Shown here: piece after piece, positions 1 to 9,151 of the stretch
Layout: each line of letters starts with the position of its first letter
Numbering within the stretch: position 1 is the first letter of the stretch
NCBI GenBank assembly: GCA_040767085.1
Contig: JAXGPF010000007.1
Location: forward strand, 192,001-256,000
DNA length: 64,000 nt
Origin: Kiritimatiellia bacterium
GTDB lineage: Bacteria; Verrucomicrobiota; Kiritimatiellia; JAAZAB01
Direction: 5' to 3'
Translations under genes and position numbers: made by a program
The notes under the pieces: model-generated
What the model saw: the letters and a program-made list of their open reading frames with translations, nothing else
Databases searched by the model: none
Told to the model about the DNA's origin: nothing

Positions 1-548
1 ACCGCCTGCATCAGTCCGCCGTGGTAATTTGACGAAAAGCAGATGATGTCCGGCCGGAGCGCAGCATACTCGCGGCACAGGCTGTCGAAATTCAAATCAA
101 AACAGACGGCGCCGCCCAGGCGTCCGACAGGCGTGTCAACCGCCACCGCGCCTGGCCCGGAGGCGAGTCCCCTGTCGATTTCCGGCTGGGTCAGATGGGT
201 TTTGTGGTAGGCGCCAAGCACGCCGTCCGGCCCGACGAAGACGATGGAGTTGTATGCCTGGCCCCGGTCGCGGAGCTTGATGGAGCCGGCCAGGCAGGTT
301 TTTGCGGAGGCGGCGTAATCCAGGTACATCGAAAGAAAGCGGCCGGGGCGCGCAATTTCCTCCGCATCGTCCACGTCCTGCCCGAATGATTCCACGCTTT
401 CGCACAAGACCACCAGGTCATGGCCGAGCCCGCGCAATGATTCCAAGGCCTGCCTGGTATGCTCCCAGGCGGCATCTTTCGAGGCCGGATGGCCGCGTTC
501 CAAGACGGCATTAAACATCACGGCGGCGACATTAACGTATCGGGACAT
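1..548 (-). CDS. carbon-nitrogen hydrolase (nitrilase superfamily), 3' end runs off window
   Basis: Not in ORF track; manual translation from ATG 548: MSRYVNVAAVMF...DLVVLCE...YNSIVFVGPDGVLGAYHKTHL...GRLGGAVCFDLNF (E-K-C triad motifs); GGAGGAG RBS upstream. Confidence 0.85.
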   Translation of the reverse strand, partial: MSRYVNVAAVMFNAVLERGHPASKDAAWEHTRQALESLRGLGHDLVVLCESVESFGQDVDDAEEIARPGRFLSMYLDYAASAKTCLAGSIKLRDRGQAYNSIVFVGPDGVLGAYHKTHLTQPEIDRGLASGPGAVAVDTPVGRLGGAVCFDLNFDSLCREYAALRPDIICFSSNYHGGLMQA

Positions 549-670
549 GGCGGGCTCCTCCCTGGCGCCAATCGACTTGGAAGCGCAAACATTTTGATCA
601 TCCGATGACCGGCATACAAGCAAAACGTTTCGGAATTATCTGCATTCGCAACAACGAATGGTTGCGCGTT

Positions 671-1873
671 TTACCCTGCGGCGCCGCCGGACTTATGCGT
701 CAGGCCCGGAATGCCAACCGGACGGCCACCCGCCATGGACTGCTCGGCGCAAACCGCCAGCGCTGTCGAGTAATATCCCTGTTCCATGGCCGCCCGGTTG
801 CCCCGGCAGTCGCGCCGCGCTATCCGCTCGTGAAACCGGCGGCACAGTCCGACATCGCCGCCGCCATGGCTGCTGCCGTCAGGCACGGGTTTCCATTCCT
901 CGACGCGGCGGTCTTGGGCATGGGCATATTCAATGCGTATCAGGAAACGGCCGGGATTGTCATAATAACCGTACAGCTTGCCTTTGTCGCCCACCAGCCA
1001 GAACTCGCGGGAATAATCCGGCGTGAAGTGGCACTCATGAAAAGTCGCCTGGCCGCCGCCGGCGTAGGATATGCTCAACACGGAGTGGTCGTTCAGATTC
1101 ATGGCCTTGCTCCAGACACAGACATCCGGCATCTCCACCTTGACATTGTAGTCCAACTGCAAGCCCATGGCCTCCAGCCGGTAAGGACAGCGGCGCGCCG
1201 GACAATCCCGGCAACGCCGGCCGGCGGCATATTTGCGGCCATAGAAAACCAGGCCGCCCGTCCCATAGACCTTGACCGGCGGGCGGCCCATGAACCAATT
1301 CAGCAAGTCCAGCGAATGCGACGCCTTTTGCAGCAGGAGCGAACGGTAAAAAGCCTGCTGTTTACGGGGATCATGGAAGTAATAATTCCCGCCAACGGAC
1401 ACGTTGTCAAAAACATGCCCCAGGATGACCCGGCCAATGCGTCCCTCGTCCAGCAGGGCTTTGATGCGTTCGAACAATGTGCAGCAGCGCAGTTCGAACC
1501 CGACCATGAACACGCTGCGCGCCTGGCGGACTGTAGCGGCGATCCGGCGCGCATCCGCCAGGGTTTGGCATAACGGCTTCTCGACCAGCACGTGTTTCCC
1601 CGCGCGCAAGGCGGCAATGGCCGGCGCGGCGTGATCAGGATCATTGGTGGTAATCAATACTGCTTCGATTTCCGGATCTTGCAGCATGGCATCCAGGTTC
1701 CGGTAACAGGCCACCGCTTCGCCATACTTGCGGCGGATCCGGTCCAGGACCGGCGCAGAATAATCGCACACTGCCCGCAGTCTGAATCCATGCGCGGCAT
1801 TGCCGTACATTTCCGCAAAATACTCTCCCCGCGCCCCCATCCCAACAACCGCGGTCTTGATGATTTTCCGCAT
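671..1873 (-). CDS. Gfo/Idh/MocA family oxidoreductase
   Basis: Rossmann VVGMGARG, AGKHVLVEKP, GFELR, HSLD motifs; start placed at MRKIIK. Confidence 0.9.
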   Translation of the reverse strand: MRKIIKTAVVGMGARGEYFAEMYGNAAHGFRLRAVCDYSAPVLDRIRRKYGEAVACYRNLDAMLQDPEIEAVLITTNDPDHAAPAIAALRAGKHVLVEKPLCQTLADARRIAATVRQARSVFMVGFELRCCTLFERIKALLDEGRIGRVILGHVFDNVSVGGNYYFHDPRKQQAFYRSLLLQKASHSLDLLNWFMGRPPVKVYGTGGLVFYGRKYAAGRRCRDCPARRCPYRLEAMGLQLDYNVKVEMPDVCVWSKAMNLNDHSVLSISYAGGGQATFHECHFTPDYSREFWLVGDKGKLYGYYDNPGRFLIRIEYAHAQDRRVEEWKPVPDGSSHGGGDVGLCRRFHERIARRDCRGNRAAMEQGYYSTALAVCAEQSMAGGRPVGIPGLTHKSGGAAG

Positions 1874-1924
1874 GATCCATCCTTTCGACTCGAACGCGGC
1901 ATCCTGCATTCCGCGCAAAATATA

Positions 1925-3580
1925 TCAGGTGAGTATCTGCCCATCCGCCAACAGACGCCGCTGCAGCCGGTCATAATCAATGTGCTGGATGGCGGTCTGC
2001 TCGTCAATGGCATGAGCGGCGGCCGTCGCGGCCGACTGGCCCAGCAGCATGAATACCGGTTCCATGCGGATGGAGCCGAAGGCGATGTGGGAGGCTGAAA
2101 GGCAGACGGGCACGGCCAGATTCACGCATTCTCCGGCGCAGGGGACAATAGACTGGAAAGAAATCGGGTATGGCGCAAAATTGCCCACCTCCACATCCCC
2201 CTCGTTGCGCACAAATCCGTCCGCGCCGACATATCGCCGGACATGATGCGAATCCATGCCATAAGCGGCCATCCCGACCGGGTCGGCCGCCTTCACCCGT
2301 CCTTCGCAATGGTGTTGCGTCATCACCATTGCGCCGATCATCCGGCGGGCTTCCCGGATGTAAAGTTGTTCCGGCCAGCCGGCGTTTTCGAGGAATTCAT
2401 CCTTGCACACTCCCCAACAGCTTACCACAGCCCGGATGGCGGCCGGCACGCGGGGATGATTCGCCAATGCCCACATCAACCCCTGCTGGTATTTGAGATG
2501 CGCCCGAACAATCGCTGCGCGTTCCGCGTAAGTCCCTGCCGGATAACGGAAATTCCGCCCGATAAAATCGGTCGATACCCCTCCGCGGTTGTTGGTGTCC
2601 GTTTTACGGTTAGGCATTGGGGTATTGATCCAGGGAATTGCGGTTTCGCCCGCCTCATAATTCCGGAACAGGAGTTCATAATCCAGGTCGCAATACCCCG
2701 CGGGCTTCTGAAACGGCAGCCGGTTTTCAGGATGATCCGTCAGGCACATGCGGAAACAGTAAGCTTGCAAACGCGCATCGCCCGCGCCTTCCACGCCGGG
2801 CCCGGCGGGATCGATGCCCGGCAAAAGCCCGCTGGCCGGCTGGCCCCTGACAACATAAGGATCAACTCCGGGCCGGAGCTGATGATAAACCGCCTGCCGG
2901 GCGCGCACGCCGTTGAGATTTTCGCCATAAACGGATTCCGCTTCCCGTCCGATCCGGCAAGCAACACCGGCCGCGGCCATCAAATCGCCTTCGTAGGAGG
3001 CATCTATAAACATGGCCGCGCGGAATTTCCGGCCGGATTCCATTTCAATTGACAATATCCGCCGGCCGTCCATGGCCACGCCGCCGGCGCGATTCAAACG
3101 TTCGCCATACGCCACCGGCACGTTTGTTTCGGCGATAAAATCCGCGAATATCTTCTGCGCCGCGGATGGCTCGAAAGTCCACATGCAGTCTTCGCTTTGC
3201 GCGGCGCGGTTGGCGCCCGTGGCCTGATATGATTCGGGTTTTTGCCAGCGCCAGTTGGAGGCGTCAGCGTAAAACGCCCTGACGCGCCGATAAAATTCCC
3301 GGGCCAAGCCGCCGATCGCCGCCTTGCTGCCGATATCCGTCCGGCCCAGACCGCCGGTTGTCAGGCCGCCGATCCGGCGTCCCGGCTCGACGATCACTGC
3401 CGTTTTGTTCATGCGGACGGCCTGAATAGCGGCCATCACGCCCGCCGAAGTGCCGCCGTAAACAACGATATCCGCCCGGTATTCCGCCGGCAACGTTTCG
3501 CTATGTTTGCCCGCGGCGCGGTCCGGCAAATCCACGCCGCGGGCCGGCGCGTCTGCCTGGGATTGATCCGGCTTGCGCAT
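1925..3580 (-). CDS. FAD-dependent oxidoreductase (xanthan-lyase-associated type)
   Basis: DIVVYGGTSAG, IGGLTTGGLG, FIDASYEGDL, YIREARR, SASHIAFGSIRMEP motifs. Confidence 0.9.
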   Translation of the reverse strand: MRKPDQSQADAPARGVDLPDRAAGKHSETLPAEYRADIVVYGGTSAGVMAAIQAVRMNKTAVIVEPGRRIGGLTTGGLGRTDIGSKAAIGGLAREFYRRVRAFYADASNWRWQKPESYQATGANRAAQSEDCMWTFEPSAAQKIFADFIAETNVPVAYGERLNRAGGVAMDGRRILSIEMESGRKFRAAMFIDASYEGDLMAAAGVACRIGREAESVYGENLNGVRARQAVYHQLRPGVDPYVVRGQPASGLLPGIDPAGPGVEGAGDARLQAYCFRMCLTDHPENRLPFQKPAGYCDLDYELLFRNYEAGETAIPWINTPMPNRKTDTNNRGGVSTDFIGRNFRYPAGTYAERAAIVRAHLKYQQGLMWALANHPRVPAAIRAVVSCWGVCKDEFLENAGWPEQLYIREARRMIGAMVMTQHHCEGRVKAADPVGMAAYGMDSHHVRRYVGADGFVRNEGDVEVGNFAPYPISFQSIVPCAGECVNLAVPVCLSASHIAFGSIRMEPVFMLLGQSAATAAAHAIDEQTAIQHIDYDRLQRRLLADGQILT

Positions 3581-3590
3581 CAAGTTTTCC

Positions 3591-5162
3591 TCAGTTCCGA
3601 TTCAGTTCGTTGAAAATGCCGCGGACCGCCGCCTCGAAAATCCCCTCCCACTCCGGCGCCAACAGGCACTCAGTCGCCTCGTAACCGCCGCGGGGATAGT
3701 AACTGGCGGGAGGAGCATAATGGAGGTAGCCGTTGGACAGCGAGACGACCAAAGTGTTTTTAAAAGGCGACATGCGCTTCACGTTCAGGCCGACTTCCGC
3801 CAGCAGTTCCATCGGCGCGGTGATCAAAACGCTGTCGCCAATCCGGATGCCCTGGATTTCGGCGGGCACGCGCTCGGCGCCAAGCGTCTCGATAATTTCG
3901 TGGTGCTTCCGCAGGGTGGCGATTTTCTCTTCGTTCCGCGCCATGCGTTCCATGGCGCGGATACTGGCCAGGTATTTCGCCACCGCGTTGCGATTTCGTT
4001 TATCAAGCGCCTGCATGAGCGGATTGCCGCATTGTTCAGCCTGCATATAACGAAAGGCCCAGTGGGATGGATAGTCCGGATGCAGCGCATACTTGAGATA
4101 TAGCGGCAGAAATTCCTTGAATCCCAGGGGGGTGTACCTCAGCGAAGCCAGGTCGGCAGCCTGGGCCTGCTGCAACTGTGCCATCACTTCGTGAAGATCA
4201 GTTCTGAGCGGAAACTCAACCTGGCGCGCAGTTCTCCGCAGCGTTGCCGGCCCGGTCGCGATGCCGCGGCAGGCTTCGACTACATCCTGGCCCAGACGCG
4301 TCCCGAATTCGAGGGAACTGGCTGGAAGTCCGGTATCATACCGCGACACCTCGTCAATGTCGCCCTGCGCGCCCTGGAGGAAAAGCGCCATGGCGACGCC
4401 GTCGAGATTGGCCTCGATGTAACGCATGGCGACGCCGGCATGATCGGCGGTGATATGGCCCTGGGCGCCTTGGGGCGAGCCGAGCAGGAGATGCGATGCA
4501 AAGTTGTAAACCACGGCCAGCGGGCTGCCGTCCAGGCGATCCACCCGCAGGATGCCGATCTCGGGATCGATGGGACGCAATCCCGCGACCGCTTCATCCG
4601 GCGGCGCGGGGTTGCAGCCCCGGAAGGTATAGTCCGTCCCGTCCCGCATCATCATGGTGCGGTTAAAAGTGAGACGATCCTCGCGCCGTGCGCCCGCCCC
4701 GATTTTGACCGGCATCCGGTTCTGCAACGCCTGGCTGACCGCCGCCACGGTTTTGGCAATTTGCTCATCATCGCTGCAGAGCATCCGCGCCACTTGATGA
4801 GTATGCGATGCGCTGATGTTCACGCAGGCGCCGGGGAGGCCCAGTTCCTGCTCCAGCCGCAAGCGCAGTTTCGGCACAAAATCATCCGCGCTGGAATCCA
4901 AAATGTTCTGACTGATGGTGCGGGCGGCAATGGCGGTGACGTCCATGGTGACCAGCGCCACCATTTCCCGCCCATCGTCCAGGACCAGCGCGCGCACGTA
5001 AAGCGGATCGTCCACCGTAATGCGCTGTTGCAGGTATTGGGGCGGAATGTGCGCCTTGACCTTTTCGGAAAGCACATCCGCCCAGATACCGTCCGCCCGG
5101 CAGGTGATCTCCGCCCTGCCCACCCCCGCCCGCAGGCATTTGATTTCGGGTGTCACAGGCAT
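3591..5162 (-). CDS. neutral/alkaline ceramidase-like amidohydrolase
   Basis: AGVGRAEIT, DPLYVRALVL, ASHTH, NFASH, FLQGAQGD, YxxGGYE motifs; alternative TTG start at 5174. Confidence 0.75.
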   Translation of the reverse strand: MPVTPEIKCLRAGVGRAEITCRADGIWADVLSEKVKAHIPPQYLQQRITVDDPLYVRALVLDDGREMVALVTMDVTAIAARTISQNILDSSADDFVPKLRLRLEQELGLPGACVNISASHTHQVARMLCSDDEQIAKTVAAVSQALQNRMPVKIGAGARREDRLTFNRTMMMRDGTDYTFRGCNPAPPDEAVAGLRPIDPEIGILRVDRLDGSPLAVVYNFASHLLLGSPQGAQGHITADHAGVAMRYIEANLDGVAMALFLQGAQGDIDEVSRYDTGLPASSLEFGTRLGQDVVEACRGIATGPATLRRTARQVEFPLRTDLHEVMAQLQQAQAADLASLRYTPLGFKEFLPLYLKYALHPDYPSHWAFRYMQAEQCGNPLMQALDKRNRNAVAKYLASIRAMERMARNEEKIATLRKHHEIIETLGAERVPAEIQGIRIGDSVLITAPMELLAEVGLNVKRMSPFKNTLVVSLSNGYLHYAPPASYYPRGGYEATECLLAPEWEGIFEAAVRGIFNELNRN

Positions 5163-5166
5163 ATCA

Positions 5167-6447
5167 TCACTCAAGGATTGGCTCGCCCCAGATGCCGTGC
5201 AAGGCGCTGGTAAGCCCTTTTAATTTTTGGCGCTCGCTGTCCGATAGTCCGCCGCGGAACTGCATCTCCAGGCGGAGCGAATGCGAGCGGCGCAAATCCG
5301 CGGCCAGGCGGACAGCGGGCGTGCCGGCGCGGACAACTGCGCGGGCCAATTCTCCCCTGTCGCCATGGACGGAAAATGCCGCCGACAAGAAAGGCAGCTT
5401 GTCAAGCCCGGGATTAAGCCCCACGCGCGCGGTAAACTTGCGAAAGGCGCCCGGCGCGATCACATATTCAACCCTGGCAGGCTCCGCGAACTTCGGCGGG
5501 ATCACGCACAAACCATGCACGCGCTCATCCCGGCCGTCCGCCCGGGCACGCAGCGTCAGCGGACGCGTTTTCAGCAGGTATGGCCCCCGGCAGGGGCGCG
5601 CGAAGTTGGCCGGATCCATTAAGACATCCACCAGCGGGCGGAAGCGGCATAAACAGCTGACTTCGGCTAAAACATAGGGCAAAGCGCAAAGATCGTATTG
5701 GGCGCCGGCGGCTTTGCGCCCCGCATCGGCCAGGCAAAAAACCGTATGCATAAAATCCGCGGTTTTGCGCGCCGACTCGCTCTGGGCGCGGGAAGAATAA
5801 TCGCGGGCGTCTTTAATTCTGCCGGCGTAAAGCGCCTGTTCCATCGGGGCCGCCAGCGATGCGCCGAATCTGCTGCCGGCGATCAGATCATTCATGGCCG
5901 CCATTTCGGCCCGTTCCAGGGTGTCGCCCAGCAATCGCGGGGTATACCCCGGAATGGACGCCGGCCCGCGCAGGCATTCCTTGTTGGTCAATATCCGCTT
6001 CGCCGGATGATACACGCCGGACGGCACGAAGATGTCGAGCGCCCAGTCGAACACGGCATGTCCCGGTTCGATCGCATCGGCAATCACGTGCGAATACACC
6101 CCGCAGTATTTAACGGCGGATTTTAAATCTCCGGCCCGGAGACTGCCCACCGCCTGGCGCAAATAATGACGGCAAAGATAAAGATCGGGGAGCGGCGGTT
6201 GCCCGCACCAGGTCCAGAGCGGCTCAGACCGGCTGATGCGTTCCAGCCGGCGTTGCCAGGCCGTTTGCGGCGGCGGCGGGAAAAGAAAATGCGCTTCCCG
6301 GGGATTGTTTTGCCGGATCGTCGCAGCATGGTCCGGATACCAGCTGCTTTTGATAAAATCTTCCTTGTATGGCTGGAAAATTTTGCGGATGTCTTCTGGT
6401 TGCGCCGCCAGCGCGGCCATCGCAATCGAATCGTGTACTTGACTCAT
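5167..6447 (-). CDS. Zn-dependent phospholipase C/S1-P1-like domain plus C-terminal NPCBM-like domain
   Basis: N-terminal HxxI, WYPD, GVYSHVIADAIEPGH; C-terminal FTARVG...FSVHGD...IWGEPIL resembles NPCBM/NEW2. Confidence 0.55.
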   Translation of the reverse strand: MSQVHDSIAMAALAAQPEDIRKIFQPYKEDFIKSSWYPDHAATIRQNNPREAHFLFPPPPQTAWQRRLERISRSEPLWTWCGQPPLPDLYLCRHYLRQAVGSLRAGDLKSAVKYCGVYSHVIADAIEPGHAVFDWALDIFVPSGVYHPAKRILTNKECLRGPASIPGYTPRLLGDTLERAEMAAMNDLIAGSRFGASLAAPMEQALYAGRIKDARDYSSRAQSESARKTADFMHTVFCLADAGRKAAGAQYDLCALPYVLAEVSCLCRFRPLVDVLMDPANFARPCRGPYLLKTRPLTLRARADGRDERVHGLCVIPPKFAEPARVEYVIAPGAFRKFTARVGLNPGLDKLPFLSAAFSVHGDRGELARAVVRAGTPAVRLAADLRRSHSLRLEMQFRGGLSDSERQKLKGLTSALHGIWGEPILE

Positions 6448-6503
6448 AACCGTTTATGTTCCTTCAGGATGCCGGACAAGGCGCCAATGGCGCCGCCGCG
6501 CAA

Positions 6504-9092
6504 TCAATCGTCCGCCGGTTCAAGCGCCGGTCTTTCTGCTGCCAGTGGTTTACTTTCCACGCCGTTGTCAGGAATGCGCACCGCCCCCCAGATACCGCCT
6601 TCCAAAGCATACGAATGGACGAGCACCGCGATCAAATTCGACGCGCCCGGAGGATTCAGATGTGGTTTGGCAATTTCCACGGTAAACGGCTTATTCCAGA
6701 TGGAATAGCCCTGCTGCTCCGAAACAAGTGTGTGTTCCTTCAGCAGCCGGCCGTTCACAAACACCCAGGCCTGTTCATCCACGCCTTCAAACTTCACGGC
6801 CAGGTTGCGCTCCTCGATGTCGGCGGGGGTTTTGAAATCAGCGCGATACCAACCGTATCCCTGATAATCTCCCACCCAGGTTGCGGACCAAAATGCCGGA
6901 ACCTTGATGGTCAGCCAATCCTGGTCGTCAAAATCCTTCCCATACCATCCCAGGCTCAAGCCAATGCCGCCCGGATCTTTGCAGAACCGCCACGCGCCGT
7001 CAGGGAAATTGGCGGCAACGGGTGGCGGCGCCTCCAGTGCCTTACGCGCGGCGCTGCGCAGCTTGACACATTCGCCGTGTTCGGCCAGTTCCTGCATGCG
7101 CCGGGTAACAGCCGCATTGCTGCGCGCCACCCAGTCGGCGACGGCCTCGATCCCCGCCAGTCCCCATGTATCGCCGCTCAGGCTGCCCTCAATGGCCCGC
7201 TGATCAACCAGATGGGGATCCTCGGCCGCGATGGCCAGCGCCAGCCGGTTGCGCTGTTCGGCCGCCGCCCGGGCGCGCACCGCATCCTCCAGGATCGCCA
7301 GCGCCTCCGCTTCAGAGGCGGGGGGATCGGCTTTCAAGATTTTCCGATGCTGCTGGAATGCGGCGGTCGAAGCTTCATAAAATTCGAAGGCCCGCATGAT
7401 CATCGCGGCCCGTGCGGCTTGTTCTCTGGTCTCGACCAGTTGCATGACCTGGCCGAGCAATTCCCGGCTGCGGACAATGTATTCCGGATTGACATCCTCG
7501 AGATACCCGGGATGATTGAAGGCCATGTATATCCTGGGTCGGAGCGGGAACCAGCCGGACTTCAAAATGTCCCTGGTCCAGAATTTTTCCCAGAGATCGT
7601 AATATTGCGCCAGGCAAGGCGCGGCTTTCGGGCCGACAGCCCGCGCATACCATTCCGACAGCAATTTGTCCACGTCCTGGCGGGGATTCCACCAAAGCTT
7701 CAGATGAACATAGAGCTTGGGTCCCTCGCCCCAGTTGGGAAATGCTTCCGCGCAATGCGCCTTGACGCCGGCATCGGCCGCAAACCTCAAATATTCGCCT
7801 GCCAGCCGCGGATAAACGCGCGGCAATTGATAAAAAGAGCCGTAGATATAATCATACCAGCCGAAATTTTCGGATGCCTTTGCCCAGGCGCGGGCCATGG
7901 CTTTATCCGCTTCCGCGAAGTCCGGCTTAACCCAGAACATGCGTTCATGGCAATCGAACATTACCAGCCGGGGATGGACCTTGACGTGTTTAGGGGGATT
8001 GGTAACTTCCCGGTAGGCGATCGCGCCGAACCACTTGCCGGGATGGCGTTGGAGCACGCCGTCGATCACGAGGCCCGCCCAGGCGTGGTAGAGATCGGAG
8101 TAATCGGCGTAGAGATCGAACCGGCTATTTTCACGGGGAACGCGCGCCAGGCACTTTTCGCATTGACAGAAGCCGCCCCGGTCGTTGACCCCCAGGGAAT
8201 ACGATGTGGCATCGGGATTTTTGTCAAAATACTCCGATATGTTTTTTACCGCTTCGTCCACCGATCCCGTGGCGGAAAAACAAGGTTGCCAGCCGGGTTC
8301 CGCGTGCGGCGGATATGGGGGCGTGGTCTGCCGTTTGCCGTTGAGGACCGGGTAGAACTCCGGGTGCGCGGCGGCGTATTTTTCCATCGGGAGAACCTGG
8401 TAAAGATTATGGGAAAAGCTGATTCTGGAATGGACGCGGTTAAAACGCAGCCAATCGGCCTGCTCCCGGTTCCATCCGCCCTGTCCCTTGCGCCGGTCCC
8501 TTTTCGGGTTCATGTGCCTTGAAAAAAACACCGGCTGGTCCATGACCGCGCCGCCGGGAATGACCAGACTGTCGCGCCGCGGCACATCGGTGCCATGCGC
8601 GCCGGGCATCAGCCAGCGCACTCCCAGGTAGCGCTCCAGGAATTCATAAATCCCGAATTCCGTGCCCCAGGCCGTGGGGCCGGCAATCGTTATGCTGCGC
8701 GGCGGGCGCACCGCAATCACGAATCCATCGCCATCAAAACCCGCGGGAAGCAGCGCCGCCGTATCGGCCAGGAACTTTTGCCCAACCTTGATGGTTGCCC
8801 CGTCAAACGGGGCCGCCGCAGCGTTGGTCACCAGTGGGATATCGGCGCCGGTGGCCTGGGCAATGAATTCGCTGAGCGTCCTGGCCGCCGCGCGTTCCTG
8901 CCCGTCGGCTTCGCCGGCAATGGCAATCCGCGCGCGAGCCTGACCGTTGCGCACCAGTTCCACTCCCGCTTCCTGGCCGTGGATTATGCCATGGGCACAA
9001 CAGAACAGCGCGATGCCGATGCGCAGGCCGGCCAACCGTGCGTGCCGCGCGACGGTTGCAAACGGCGCGTTTGGGGCATGTTTGAATTGCAT
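6504..9092 (-). CDS. secreted DUF4838-like protein with C-terminal sugar-binding (GH2-N-like) domain
   Basis: Signal peptide; GTEFGIYEFLERYLGVRW, SHNL, HPEFY, QPCFS, NDRGGFCQCEKC; C-terminal GYGWYR, FEGVDEQAWVFVNG, GGIW. Confidence 0.8.
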   Translation of the reverse strand: MQFKHAPNAPFATVARHARLAGLRIGIALFCCAHGIIHGQEAGVELVRNGQARARIAIAGEADGQERAAARTLSEFIAQATGADIPLVTNAAAAPFDGATIKVGQKFLADTAALLPAGFDGDGFVIAVRPPRSITIAGPTAWGTEFGIYEFLERYLGVRWLMPGAHGTDVPRRDSLVIPGGAVMDQPVFFSRHMNPKRDRRKGQGGWNREQADWLRFNRVHSRISFSHNLYQVLPMEKYAAAHPEFYPVLNGKRQTTPPYPPHAEPGWQPCFSATGSVDEAVKNISEYFDKNPDATSYSLGVNDRGGFCQCEKCLARVPRENSRFDLYADYSDLYHAWAGLVIDGVLQRHPGKWFGAIAYREVTNPPKHVKVHPRLVMFDCHERMFWVKPDFAEADKAMARAWAKASENFGWYDYIYGSFYQLPRVYPRLAGEYLRFAADAGVKAHCAEAFPNWGEGPKLYVHLKLWWNPRQDVDKLLSEWYARAVGPKAAPCLAQYYDLWEKFWTRDILKSGWFPLRPRIYMAFNHPGYLEDVNPEYIVRSRELLGQVMQLVETREQAARAAMIMRAFEFYEASTAAFQQHRKILKADPPASEAEALAILEDAVRARAAAEQRNRLALAIAAEDPHLVDQRAIEGSLSGDTWGLAGIEAVADWVARSNAAVTRRMQELAEHGECVKLRSAARKALEAPPPVAANFPDGAWRFCKDPGGIGLSLGWYGKDFDDQDWLTIKVPAFWSATWVGDYQGYGWYRADFKTPADIEERNLAVKFEGVDEQAWVFVNGRLLKEHTLVSEQQGYSIWNKPFTVEIAKPHLNPPGASNLIAVLVHSYALEGGIWGAVRIPDNGVESKPLAAERPALEPADD

Positions 9093-9151
9093 TGCTGATT
9101 ACTCCGTTTTCCGTTTGATCGATCCGCTCAATGCGAATCGCAACATAATAA

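Noticed and set aside
6456-8522. 688-aa plus-strand ORF and similar long antisense ORFs (e.g. 38813-40327, 35807-37219, 53297-54496)
   Set aside because: Shadows of well-supported genes on the opposite strand in high-GC DNA; no motifs
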